Below are positions 19,836-28,990 of a stretch of 64,000 nt of DNA, piece by piece. The stretch covers positions 80,879-144,878 of the forward strand of contig CAVQDH010000006.1 in NCBI GenBank assembly GCA_963711215.1, given 5' to 3'. How positions within the stretch are numbered: position 1 is the stretch's first letter; each line of letters begins with the position of its first letter. Source of the stretch: an uncultured Alphaproteobacteria bacterium (lineage in GTDB: Bacteria; Pseudomonadota; Alphaproteobacteria; UBA8366). The notes beneath the pieces are model-generated. The model ran no database searches. It was not told where the DNA came from and worked only from the letters and a program-made list of their open reading frames with translations. A program made the translations under genes and the position numbers.

Positions 19836-21107
19836 TCAGGCGGCGCGACGCCGGTTGCGGCGCCGGGGCCTGCCGCTCTTGGCCGCGTTCGCGTTGGCGG
19901 GGCGCTGCCGGCCGCCGAAGCGTGGCGCCGCCCCGTTCCGGTGGTCCGGCTTCGCGCTTCCCTGCCGTTCCGGTTTCGGGCCTTCGCCGACGACGGTCAG
20001 TTGCCGCTTGATCAGCCGCTCGATGCTCTGCAGCTCCTTGCGCTCGCTCGGGTCGCAGAAGGAGATCGCGATGCCGCTGGCGCCGGCGCGGGCCGTCCGC
20101 CCGATCCGGTGGATGTAGCTCTCCGGATCCTTCGGCAGCTCGTAATTGATCACGTGGGTGACGTCATCGACGTCGATGCCACGGGACGCGATGTCGGTGG
20201 CGACCAGCACCCGCGACCGGCCGGCGCGGAAGCTGTTGAGCGCCTGCTCGCGCGAGGACTGGGATTTATCGCCGTGCAGCGCCGCGGTGCGCACGCCGTT
20301 GGCCGTCAGTTGCTTGGCCACGCGGTCGGCGCCGCGCTTGGTGCGGGTGAAGACGATGACGCGCGACAGGCTCGCATCGGCGAGCAGATCGGTCAGCAGC
20401 TTGCGCTTGGCGCCGCTGTCGGCATGGTGAACCCGCTGGTCGATGCGGTCGACGGCGACCGTCTTGGCGGCGATCTCGACCCGCACCGGATCGCGCAGGA
20501 TCTCGGCCGCGAGGCGCGCGATCTCCTTCGGCATGGTGGCCGAGAAGAGCGCCGTCTGGCGGCCTTCCGGCAGCAGCGCGGTCAGCTTGCGGACGTCGCG
20601 GATGAAGCCCATGTCGAGCATGCGGTCCGCTTCGTCGAGCACGAGATAGCTCGTCCGGCGGATATCGATTCGCCGCTGGTCGATCAGGTCGATCAGGCGG
20701 CCGGGCGTCGCGATCAGGATGTCGACGCCGCGCTCCGTCGCCTTGTACTGCGCGCGCTGGCTGACGCCGCCCATGATGACGGCATGCTTCAGGCCGGTAT
20801 GCCGGCCGTAGAGCTTGATGTTGTCGGCGATCTGCGTCGCCAGCTCCCGCGTCGGCGCCAGGATCAGCGCGCGGGTCGTGCGCGGCAGCGGCGGCCGACG
20901 GTCCTGCGCCAGCCTGTGGAGCAGGGGAAGGGCGAAAGCCGCCGTTTTCCCGGTGCCCGTCTGGGCAATGCCGAGCAGGTCCTTGCCCTGCAGCAGCGGG
21001 GGAATGGCCTTGGTCTGGATTGGAGTGGGGGTCTTGTAGTCCGTGCCGGCAAGGGCACGCAACAGGCTCTCGTTAAGGCCGAGAGCCGCGAATGTAGAGG
21101 TCGTCAA
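19836..21107 (-). CDS. DEAD-box ATP-dependent RNA helicase (RhlE-like)
   Basis: Q motif TPIQ, AQTGTGKT, DEAD (VLDEADRM), SAT and HRIGRTAR motifs. Arg-rich tail. TTG start 7 nt after AAGGAG. Confidence 0.9.
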   Translation of the reverse strand: MTTSTFAALGLNESLLRALAGTDYKTPTPIQTKAIPPLLQGKDLLGIAQTGTGKTAAFALPLLHRLAQDRRPPLPRTTRALILAPTRELATQIADNIKLYGRHTGLKHAVIMGGVSQRAQYKATERGVDILIATPGRLIDLIDQRRIDIRRTSYLVLDEADRMLDMGFIRDVRKLTALLPEGRQTALFSATMPKEIARLAAEILRDPVRVEIAAKTVAVDRIDQRVHHADSGAKRKLLTDLLADASLSRVIVFTRTKRGADRVAKQLTANGVRTAALHGDKSQSSREQALNSFRAGRSRVLVATDIASRGIDVDDVTHVINYELPKDPESYIHRIGRTARAGASGIAISFCDPSERKELQSIERLIKRQLTVVGEGPKPERQGSAKPDHRNGAAPRFGGRQRPANANAAKSGRPRRRNRRRAA

Positions 21108-21565
21108 ACAAAGTCTCCTTGTGCGCCGAATCCGGTCGGTTCGCTACGGAACACCGTGGGTTTCGGCCTGTCGCCTGTCCCCACGCGCACCTGGAGATAG
21201 CGGAAATTCAGAAAAACGTGTCTCGAAATGATAACGCCCGGGCAAGCCCGAGCGACCGCGCAATTGCGAGTTTCACGGCCCCTACATGGTCCCTCGCGAT
21301 CGATAAGTCAAGAATTTCCAAGGGCCTACGACCTGATCCGAGCCAAAAAGCGCCGAAAACCGCGCAATTTGGGGCGCTTGGATCGCGTCCGCGGGGTATG
21401 CCGGTGCCCCTCGGATTGCAAATTTTAACACTCTCGCACTTGTATGGCCGGTGTGGCTGTGCAATGAAAGTCTGCTCGTTGCACGGCACCACGGCGTATC
21501 TTGTTGCTCTGTTCGGCATATGACCAAGCTACTCTGGGAAAAATTGTGCACTTGTCAGTGAAGAT

Positions 21566-21586
21566 GGCCGGCATGGCGTGCCGGCC
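21566..21586 (+). promoter_or_regulatory. stable hairpin in the cspA leader
   Basis: GGCCGGCA-TGGCG-TGCCGGCC lies about 35 nt upstream of the cspA ATG, inside a 512-bp lower-GC intergenic region. Confidence 0.3.
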
Positions 21587-21619
21587 GATACTGAACGCAT
21601 CCAAGTGGAAGGAGTAGCG

Positions 21620-21829
21620 ATGGCTACCGGAACTGTTAAGTGGTTCAACCCGACAAAGGGTTATGGTTTTATTCAGCCGAGCGATGGCGGCAGCGACGCG
21701 TTCGTGCACATCTCGGCCGTGGAACGGGCGGGAATGCATACGCTCCGCGAAGGCCAGAAGGTCGAATACGAGCTGGTGGCGGGCCGCAACGGCAAGTCGT
21801 CGGCGGAAAACCTCGTCGCGATCGACTGA
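21620..21829 (+). CDS. cspA: cold-shock protein (CspA family)
   Basis: [20 protein letters not shown] with RNP1/RNP2 motifs. GGAG RBS. ATG 21620 is preferred over the ORF-track start. Confidence 0.92.
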   Translation: MATGTVKWFNPTKGYGFIQPSDGGSDAFVHISAVERAGMHTLREGQKVEYELVAGRNGKSSAENLVAID

Positions 21830-21845
21830 GCGACGCCGGGTCCAG

Positions 21846-22794
21846 CTACCGTCCCGCCGCAGCGCGGCGGAGACGGTCGTTGATCGCGCGGCCGAGGCCC
21901 TGATCGGGGATCGGGGCCACGGCGATGCCGGTGAATTCCGGCCGATCCAATGCATGCAGGTAAGCGAACAGGTTGGCCGCGGCCTCGATGAGGTCGGCGG
22001 CCTCGCTTAGGTTGAGCGTGGCATCGGTTGCGCCGGGCCCGAAGCCCAGCAGCGCTTCGCCGGGCCGGGCATGCGCGGCATCGCGCCGCACGGGCAGGGA
22101 CGGGGCGTAATGGCTCGTCAGCATGCCGGGCGAGCGGGGCGCATGGTCGTCCGCGCCGGCGACGCTCACGGAGACGCCGAGCGCGGCTTCGATCTCTTCC
22201 TGCGGCAGGCCGCCCTGCCGGAGGATGGCCGGCGCCGCGCCGGAAACATCGAGCACCGTCGAATTCCAGGCCGATCGGACAGGGGCCGCCATCGAGGATG
22301 AGGGCGACCCGATCGCCCAGATCCTGCGCCACATGCCGGGCCGTCGTCGGGCTGAGGCGGCCCGACCGGTTGGCGCTGGGGGCGGCGACCGGCACGCCTG
22401 CGGCCCGCAGCAGCCACTGCGCGTCGGCATGGGCCGGGACGCGCACCGCGACGGTGTCGAGGCCGGCGCTCGCCAGAAGCGATAGCCGGCAATCCGGCCG
22501 CCGGGGCAGGACCAGCGTCAACGCGCCGGGCCAGAAGCGGTCGGCCAGCAATCCGGCCGTTTCATTGAAGGCGACGAAGGCCTCGGCCGCCGTGCGGTCG
22601 GGGACATGCACGATCAGCGGGTTGAAGCTGGGACGGCCCTTGGCGGCGAAGATTTCGGCCACCGCCCGGTCGTTCGTGGCGTCCCCGCCGAGGCCATAGA
22701 CCGTTTCGGTCGGAAAGGCGACGAGCTCGCCCCGGCGCAGCGCGGCGGCGGCCAATGCGATTGTTTCCCCGGAAATTGGCGAAATCTTTACCAT
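21846..22794 (-). pseudogene. sua5: L-threonylcarbamoyladenylate synthase (Sua5/TsaC2 type), frameshifted as sequenced
   Basis: YrdC domain (VAFPTETVYGLGGDA...SANRSG) runs to ...ILDGGPCPIGLE. The Sua5 C-domain (STVLDVSGAAPAILRQG...) continues in another frame. Extra T in GAATTC at 22261-22266. Confidence 0.85.
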
Positions 22795-22904
22795 TGCGGT
22801 GCCTTACATGGGTGTGCAGGCTGATGCAAGGCATCTCCGCAGCATGGGGATTGCCGGAATCGTCGCTGCACTGCACAATGCCGTGACGTGGATTGGGGGT
22901 GGCA

Positions 22905-23547
22905 ATGGCGGGAAAGATTATCAATGTCGCGCAGCAGAAAGGCGGCGCGGGCAAGACCACGGTGGCGGCGCATCTCGCGGTCGCCTGGGCGCAAAAGAAG
23001 GGCCGCAAGCGTCGCTATTCTGGATGTCGATCCGCAGGGCAGCCTGAGCGTCTGGTACGAGGCGCGACGAGCATTTCCTCGGCGAGGAAAATACCGGCCT
23101 TACCTTCAGCCGTGCGATGGGCATCCGCGCCCTGGCGGAAGCGCAAGCGCTTGGCGCGATCGAATGATCTACGTCGTCGTCGACATGCCGCCGCATGGCA
23201 CGACCTCGGCGAACGCGGCGATCCGGGCGGCGAGCCTCGTGGTTGCGCCGGTGCAGCCGACGCCGCTCGACTTCTGGGCCACCATGCCGACCCTCGAGGT
23301 CGCGGCGGCGGAGAAGAAGCCGGTACTGCTCGTGCTGAACCGGGTGCCGCCGCGGGCGCTGCTCACGGCCACGATGATCACGCGGCTCGGCGAATACAAG
23401 GTGCGGGTCGCGAAGTCCGTGCTCGGCAACCGGGTCGCCTTCGCGGAGAGCATCGGCGCCGGCCGGACCGTGATCGAGACCAAGCCGCACAGCGTGGCCG
23501 CCGCCGAGGTGCGTCACCTCGCCGCCGAGATCTTGCGCCGCCTCTGA
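22905..23547 (+). pseudogene. ParA/MinD-like ATPase (orphan), multiply frameshifted
   Basis: Walker A KGGAGKTT. The protein is only readable by switching frames about four times between 23008 and 23172 (VAILDVDPQGS / LGEENTGLTF / RSNDL / VVVDMPPHG). Confidence 0.8.
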
Positions 23548-23632
23548 CGCAACCGCTCGGCCCGTCATCCAGGCTTTGCACTTCTCGCGGCGCGCCGCTA
23601 GGCTTCCGCCGCTGGAACAAGGGAGCCCTGAG

Positions 23633-24709
23633 ATGAGCGAGAATACTGCCACTCTCCGTATTGCGAACGTGCCGGGCGACGGCATCGGCAACGAGGTCGT
23701 GCCCGAGGGCTTGCGTGTCCTCGAGGCGGTCGGCCGCAAATACGGTATCACTTACAAATACAGCGACTTCGACTGGAGCTGCGAGCGCTACGCCAAGACC
23801 GGCAGCATGATGCCCGAAGACGGCATCGAGCAGCTTCGCGGCCATGACGCGATCTTCCTCGGCGCGGTGGGCTTCCCGAACGTGCCGGACCATGTATCGC
23901 TCTGGGGCCTCCTGATCCCGATCCGCCGCGAGTTCCAGCAATACGTCAACCTGCGCCCCGTGCGGCTGCTGCCGGGCATCACGCCGCCGGTGCATGGCTA
24001 CAAGGCGGGCGACATCGACTTCTACGTCGTGCGCGAGAACTGCGAGGGTGAGTATTCCTCGATGGGCGGCCGCATTTATGGCGGGCTGCCAAACGAGACG
24101 GTCATCCAGGAATCCGTCTTCACGCGCATGGGCGTCGACCGCATCCTGAAATACGCCTTCGAGCTGGCGATGAAGCGCGAGGCGAAACACCTGACCTCGG
24201 CCACCAAGTCGAACGGCATCATTTACACGATGCCCTACTGGGACGAGCGCTTCGCCGCGATGAAGAAGAGCTATCCCGGCATCAAGACCGACCAGTACCA
24301 CATCGACATCCTGACGGCGCATTTCGTGCGGCACCCCGACTGGTTCGACGTGGTGGTCGGCAGCAACCTGTTCGGCGACATCCTCTCCGATCTCGGCCCG
24401 GCGGTGACCGGCACCATCGCGGTGGCGCCGTCGGCCAACATCAACCCGGAGCGCGAGCACCCCTCGATGTTCGAGCCGGTGCACGGCTCGGCGCCGGACA
24501 TCGCCGGCCAGCATATCGCCAATCCGATCGGCCAGATCTGGTCGGCGGCGATGATGCTGGATCATCTCGGCCAGCCGGAGGCAGGGGCGGCGATCGTCAA
24601 GGCGATCGAGACCGTGCTGTCCGAGAAGGGCGCGCCGCTGACCCCCGACATGGGCGGCAAGGCGAAGACGGAAGACCTCGGCAAGGCGATCGCGGACGCG
24701 GTGGCATGA
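23633..24709 (+). CDS. tartrate dehydrogenase/decarboxylase (D-malate dehydrogenase family)
   Basis: Isocitrate/isopropylmalate dehydrogenase fold. N-terminus LRIANVPGDGIGNEV...WSCERYAKTGSMMP is typical of the TtuC/DmlA group. AAGGGAG RBS. Confidence 0.8.
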   Translation: MSENTATLRIANVPGDGIGNEVVPEGLRVLEAVGRKYGITYKYSDFDWSCERYAKTGSMMPEDGIEQLRGHDAIFLGAVGFPNVPDHVSLWGLLIPIRREFQQYVNLRPVRLLPGITPPVHGYKAGDIDFYVVRENCEGEYSSMGGRIYGGLPNETVIQESVFTRMGVDRILKYAFELAMKREAKHLTSATKSNGIIYTMPYWDERFAAMKKSYPGIKTDQYHIDILTAHFVRHPDWFDVVVGSNLFGDILSDLGPAVTGTIAVAPSANINPEREHPSMFEPVHGSAPDIAGQHIANPIGQIWSAAMMLDHLGQPEAGAAIVKAIETVLSEKGAPLTPDMGGKAKTEDLGKAIADAVA

Positions 24710-25164
24710 GCAGCCGCTATTTCGAGGACTGGACCGAAGGCGAAGTCGTCGAAACGCGGGGCGCTACGGTTACGGAATCGCAGATCGTCGATTTCGCGAT
24801 GCTCTACGACCCGCAGCCGATGCATATCGACAAGAGCTTCGCCGAGGCCGGACCGTTCGAAGGCCTGATCGCGAGCGGCTTCCAGACGCTCTCTGTCAGC
24901 TTCCGGCTGTTCTACGACCTGGGCTATCTCACCCATTCCAACATCATCGGCATCGGGCTCGACGAGGTGCGCTGGACCGCGCCGGTGCGTCCCGGCGATA
25001 CGCTGCGCTGCCGGGCCGAGGTGCTGAGCCTGAAGGAATCCCGGTCGAGGCCGGATCGCGGCACGATGGTGTTCAAGCTCACCACCGCGAACCAGCACGG
25101 CACCGAGGTGCTGAACTTCCGCAGCACCTGCATGCTGAAGAAAAAAGCGGCGGCTTCCAGCTGA
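24706..25164 (+). CDS. MaoC-family (hot-dog) dehydratase
   Basis: 152 aa. FAMLYDPQPMHID...GLIASGF pattern. ATGA overlap with the upstream gene. Confidence 0.8.
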   Translation: MSSRYFEDWTEGEVVETRGATVTESQIVDFAMLYDPQPMHIDKSFAEAGPFEGLIASGFQTLSVSFRLFYDLGYLTHSNIIGIGLDEVRWTAPVRPGDTLRCRAEVLSLKESRSRPDRGTMVFKLTTANQHGTEVLNFRSTCMLKKKAAASS

Positions 25165-25197
25165 CGGCCTGACGGAAACGCGGGGAGGCCATGGGCG

Positions 25198-25889
25198 ATG
25201 ATGCATGACCGCGTCCCGGCCGGCCGCATGGATCGCCGCCGGTTCCTGGCCATGCTGGCGGCGGCGTCTTGCCTTCTCGCCCTTGGCGGCGCGGCACGGG
25301 CATCTGCAGGCCGCGCCGTGCCGCTTGCCGCAGAATTTACATCGCGGGGCATGTGCGCCATGCCAGCATCATCGTCGACCGGCGGGACTTCGACCCGGCG
25401 CAGAGCATCGGCTCACCGGAATTCACATCCAAGGACTGGCTGGAATTCGGCTGGGGCGATGCGGATTTCTACCAGGCGGACGGGGAAGGCATCCTGCTGG
25501 GGCTGAAGGCGCTGCTATGGCCGACGGCCGCGGTGATGCACGTATACGGATTCGACGGCGCACCGGCAGCGAGCTTCCCGAAAAGCGAGGTGCTGGCGCT
25601 CGATCTGACGGCGGATGGCTATGCGCGGCTGCTGGCCTTCCTCAGATCCGCCTTCACGCGCGATGCCGCGGGGCGCGTGAAGCGGCTCGGGCCCGGTCTT
25701 TACGGTCTCAGCTTCTTCTACGCGGGCGAGGGGCGCTATGACGCCTTCCACACCTGCAACACCTGGACGGCGGAGGCGCTCGCGGCGGCCGGCTTTCCGA
25801 TCGATCCGAGCGATATCGGAACGCTCGGCCAGTTCATGGATCGCGTGCGCGGCAAGATGCACGCGGCCTGCGGCGCCGGCGCGGCCTAA
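25198..25889 (+). pseudogene. DUF2459-like secreted protein, probable frameshift
   Basis: Tat-like signal (RRRFLAMLAAASCLLALGGAARA) is in one frame. The conserved body (IYIAGHVRHASIIV...HTCNTW) is in another. Junction near 25332. Confidence 0.5.
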
Positions 25890-25892
25890 GGC

Positions 25893-26651
25893 CTATTCTT
25901 GCACGCTGGCGATGAACGCTTTCCACTCGGCGGCGAGCGCCTCCAGCGACTTGCCGTACACCTTTTGCCAGCGCGCCGGGTCGCTCGGGATGCGCTCGTG
26001 CGGCACCATCGGCGTCATCGCGTACAGGGCGCGGAATTTGTCCATGCCGCGCGTCTCGATCAGGTAGCGGACGAAGGCGCCAGCGACGAGATAGGCCTTC
26101 AGCTGCTTCGGCCGGTCCGGGGTCATCAGTCCTTTCGGCGCGACGATCGAATTGAGCATCGGCAGATCGGCCTCGGCGGCATCGGGCTTCGCGGCTTTAT
26201 ACAGATCCCGGCCGAAATTCGGATAGGCGGGCTGGCCGCCCAGATGCTCGTGCGCGTAAACCGCCAGGCCTTCCGCCAGGAAACGGTTGGCGTTGGGCGC
26301 AAAGATATGCGTGACCTCGTGAAGGATGGGCGAACGCCCGCGGCGCGTCTTGCCGGAGCGGAACAGCATGGTGCCCCGATGCCCCCGCCAAGCGGGGATC
26401 ATGGCCATCGACGAGCCGAGGCTGTCCTCGATATTGACCGTATAGGGTCCGTCGAACGTATCGCCCCACCAGGCGCAGACCTTGCCGATCGCTGTACGGA
26501 GTTTTTGCTCGAAGATCCGGATGTCTTTATCCGACAAGGCTTCCGCGTGAATGGTCACCGCCGGCGCGCGGCAGGCCGCTTCGGCCGCGTGCGCGGTGCC
26601 GGACAGGGCGGCGATCGCCAACGCCGCGGCGGCTATCGACCTCACAATCAT
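25893..26651 (-). CDS. secreted HExxH-motif protein (putative zinc metallopeptidase-like)
   Basis: Signal peptide MIVRSIAAAALAIAALSGTAHA. ILHEVTHIF plus a downstream E (FLAEGLAVY). Confidence 0.55.
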   Translation of the reverse strand: MIVRSIAAAALAIAALSGTAHAAEAACRAPAVTIHAEALSDKDIRIFEQKLRTAIGKVCAWWGDTFDGPYTVNIEDSLGSSMAMIPAWRGHRGTMLFRSGKTRRGRSPILHEVTHIFAPNANRFLAEGLAVYAHEHLGGQPAYPNFGRDLYKAAKPDAAEADLPMLNSIVAPKGLMTPDRPKQLKAYLVAGAFVRYLIETRGMDKFRALYAMTPMVPHERIPSDPARWQKVYGKSLEALAAEWKAFIASVQE

Positions 26652-26689
26652 GAACCCACTGCCGGTGCGACCCGTCGGAGGATCGCCGG

Positions 26690-27586
26690 TTAGACCGGCA
26701 TCGCCCAGGCCATGTCCTGGTAGCCCGGCGCATAGATGTTGTTGGTGATCGCCGGGTTCCGGTTGATCATCGGCCGCGCATAGAGCGGATGCGTCATCGA
26801 GCGGATCTCATGCTCGATCCGGAACAGCATCTTGCCGTTCTTGGGGTCGCAGATGTCCAGGAAGCGGTACTGATGCTGGTTGCTCTCCTGCGTGATCATC
26901 TTTTTCTTGAGCAAGAACTTGTACGGCCCCGAGAAGTCGGAGACGTAAAGCTGCAGGTGGTGGCCGTCATAGTCCGGGATTTTCTTTTTCGTTTCGCGGA
27001 ATACGAGGCTTTGCTGCGGGCCGACCGAAATCCGGGCTGCGCTGCCGCCGTTGGCCTTCTCGACCTTGGTCATGGCGCCGAACACCTCGCTGTAGAAGCG
27101 TGCGATGCCGGCCGCCGTGCCGGTCGGCACGTCGAATTCGACATAGGGCATGCCGAGCACGATCGGGCCGAAGCGCTCGTCCGGCGCGTGGCAGCGGATC
27201 TGATTGCCCCACGGGCAGGTGACATCGACATAGCGATTGCTCTTGCCGTTGCCCGCCTTGTAGCCGAACTTTGTGCCGTGCAGCGGCTTGCGCACCATCT
27301 CCAGGCGCTGCACCAGCTGGTCGAGATTGGGCACGACCAGGCCGATGCGGCCGCGCAGCACCTGCGGCTCGCCGATCGGCAGGTGGAACTGGCTGCGGCC
27401 GATATTGACCCACATGTTGACGACGCCCGTTACCAGGTAGGGATCGCGCGTCATGCCGAGCCCGGTGATGTAAAACAGCGTCGCCAGCCGCTGATCGGGC
27501 ACCATGATGTTGACATGTTCGAGGCCGACGACTTTGCCGAGATCCTCGGCGGCGCGGTCATAGTGCTTCTTCTTCATGTTTTTCAT
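26690..27586 (-). CDS. hypothetical protein, possible two-domain VOC/glyoxalase-fold
   Basis: 298 aa. GLEHVNIMVPD start, resembling a VOC beta-alpha-beta3 module. GGGAGAG RBS. Function unknown. Confidence 0.45.
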   Translation of the reverse strand: MKNMKKKHYDRAAEDLGKVVGLEHVNIMVPDQRLATLFYITGLGMTRDPYLVTGVVNMWVNIGRSQFHLPIGEPQVLRGRIGLVVPNLDQLVQRLEMVRKPLHGTKFGYKAGNGKSNRYVDVTCPWGNQIRCHAPDERFGPIVLGMPYVEFDVPTGTAAGIARFYSEVFGAMTKVEKANGGSAARISVGPQQSLVFRETKKKIPDYDGHHLQLYVSDFSGPYKFLLKKKMITQESNQHQYRFLDICDPKNGKMLFRIEHEIRSMTHPLYARPMINRNPAITNNIYAPGYQDMAWAMPV

Positions 27587-27652
27587 GCGTCTCTCCCTGG
27601 GGCCTGGCTCCGTGATCCAAGTGGTTTCACGCAGCGGCAGTTGCTCCGCCGG

Positions 27653-28480
27653 TCAGGCTTTGGTCTTCGGCTGCATCTCGCGCGCCTTCTTCTCGATCGC
27701 GGGGAGCAGTGAGGCGATCAGCTCCTCGTCCAGCCCATCGGCGATGTCGGGATAGCCGGCCGCCGCAATCATCGGACGGAGCTTGCCGGCCTTGAGCACG
27801 CCGAGCGTCCATTCCAGCGGGTCGGGCACCACCGCCGTGTCCCAGTAGATGCGATGGTTCTTGTAGCGCGGGCCGTAGTGGTAATGCGGCGCCTTGCGGA
27901 AGCAGTCGAAGGCCAGGACCTCGGCTTCCGCGTGATAGGTGTCCGTCGGCGTGCCGGCCACGTCGGTCATGACGTGGATGGCGAGTCCGCCGTCGTCGCG
28001 CAGCGTGCGCATCTCCAGGCCGAAGCGGATGTTGCCGGCCTCGTAAATGTCGGTGCCGCGGTTATGCTTGACCGTCTGCCGGCCGTTGATCGCGCGCTCT
28101 TTCGCCAGCGCCTCAACCTCGCCGAGCTTCGCTGCGATCGCCTTCTTGTCGAGCTTGCCCGCCACCTGCTCGAAGCCTGCCTTGGTCAGCATTTGCGGCA
28201 GCTTCTCGCGGATTTGCCGGATGCTCCAGGTGATCGGGTTCGGGTCGATGATCGGATCGATGCGGCAGACCTTGGCCTTGCCTTCCGGCGCATAGACGTA
28301 GCTGCGCTCGACATCGAAGCAGTTGAACCGCAAGAGCTGGGTCATCTTACCGCCAACGTCGCTTTCGACCCAGATGACCACGCCCTGGTCGGCATGGCTG
28401 TGGATGTTGGCGTCCCATTGTTCCTGGCGAACGGCGAAAGTCACGTTGCCGGCGTCGACTCGAGTACTGCCGTCGTGCAT
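27653..28480 (-). CDS. hypothetical protein with an internal tandem duplication of a roughly 120-aa module
   Basis: ATG 28480 with an AGGAG RBS. The two halves align by eye (AGNVTF/AGNIRF, LLRFNCFD/VLAFDCFR, DPNPITW/VPDPLEW). Confidence 0.6.
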   Translation of the reverse strand: MHDGSTRVDAGNVTFAVRQEQWDANIHSHADQGVVIWVESDVGGKMTQLLRFNCFDVERSYVYAPEGKAKVCRIDPIIDPNPITWSIRQIREKLPQMLTKAGFEQVAGKLDKKAIAAKLGEVEALAKERAINGRQTVKHNRGTDIYEAGNIRFGLEMRTLRDDGGLAIHVMTDVAGTPTDTYHAEAEVLAFDCFRKAPHYHYGPRYKNHRIYWDTAVVPDPLEWTLGVLKAGKLRPMIAAAGYPDIADGLDEELIASLLPAIEKKAREMQPKTKA

Positions 28481-28639
28481 AGCGGACACTCCTAAAAGGG
28501 TCGGGGTGGCGAAAAAGCCGGAGAAAGAGTAGCAATTAGACCTATACCGATCAACTCGCGGCTGGGAAGGCGCCGAAAATGGCGGCCGGCCCCGGGACCG
28601 GCCGATCGGACGAATTTTTTTACACGGGAGAGAGGCACC

Positions 28640-28966
28640 ATGATCTACGAATTGCGCATCTATCACTGCGTTCCCGGGCGTCTGCCGGCGCTGCTCAAGC
28701 GGTTCGACACGATCACCCTGAAGATCTGGGAAAAGCACGGCATCAAGCAGGCCGGCTTCTGGACGGTCGGGATCGGGCAGTCGAACCAGGACCTGTACTA
28801 TCTGCTGGCCTGGGAGTTGCTGGCCGATCGGGAAAAGAAATGGGACGCCTTCCAGGCCGACCCGGCGTGGATCTCGGCGCGCGCCGAAACCGAGAAGGAC
28901 GGCCCGATCGTCGCCTCGGTCAACAACCAGATGCTGCTGCCGACGAGCTTCTCGGCCGTGAAATAG
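28640..28966 (+). CDS. NIPSNAP family protein
   Basis: MIYELRIYHCVPGRLPALLKRF... is a typical NIPSNAP start. 108 aa. Confidence 0.8.
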   Translation: MIYELRIYHCVPGRLPALLKRFDTITLKIWEKHGIKQAGFWTVGIGQSNQDLYYLLAWELLADREKKWDAFQADPAWISARAETEKDGPIVASVNNQMLLPTSFSAVK

Positions 28967-28990
28967 GAGGCGGCCGCCGTAATCCCGGCA

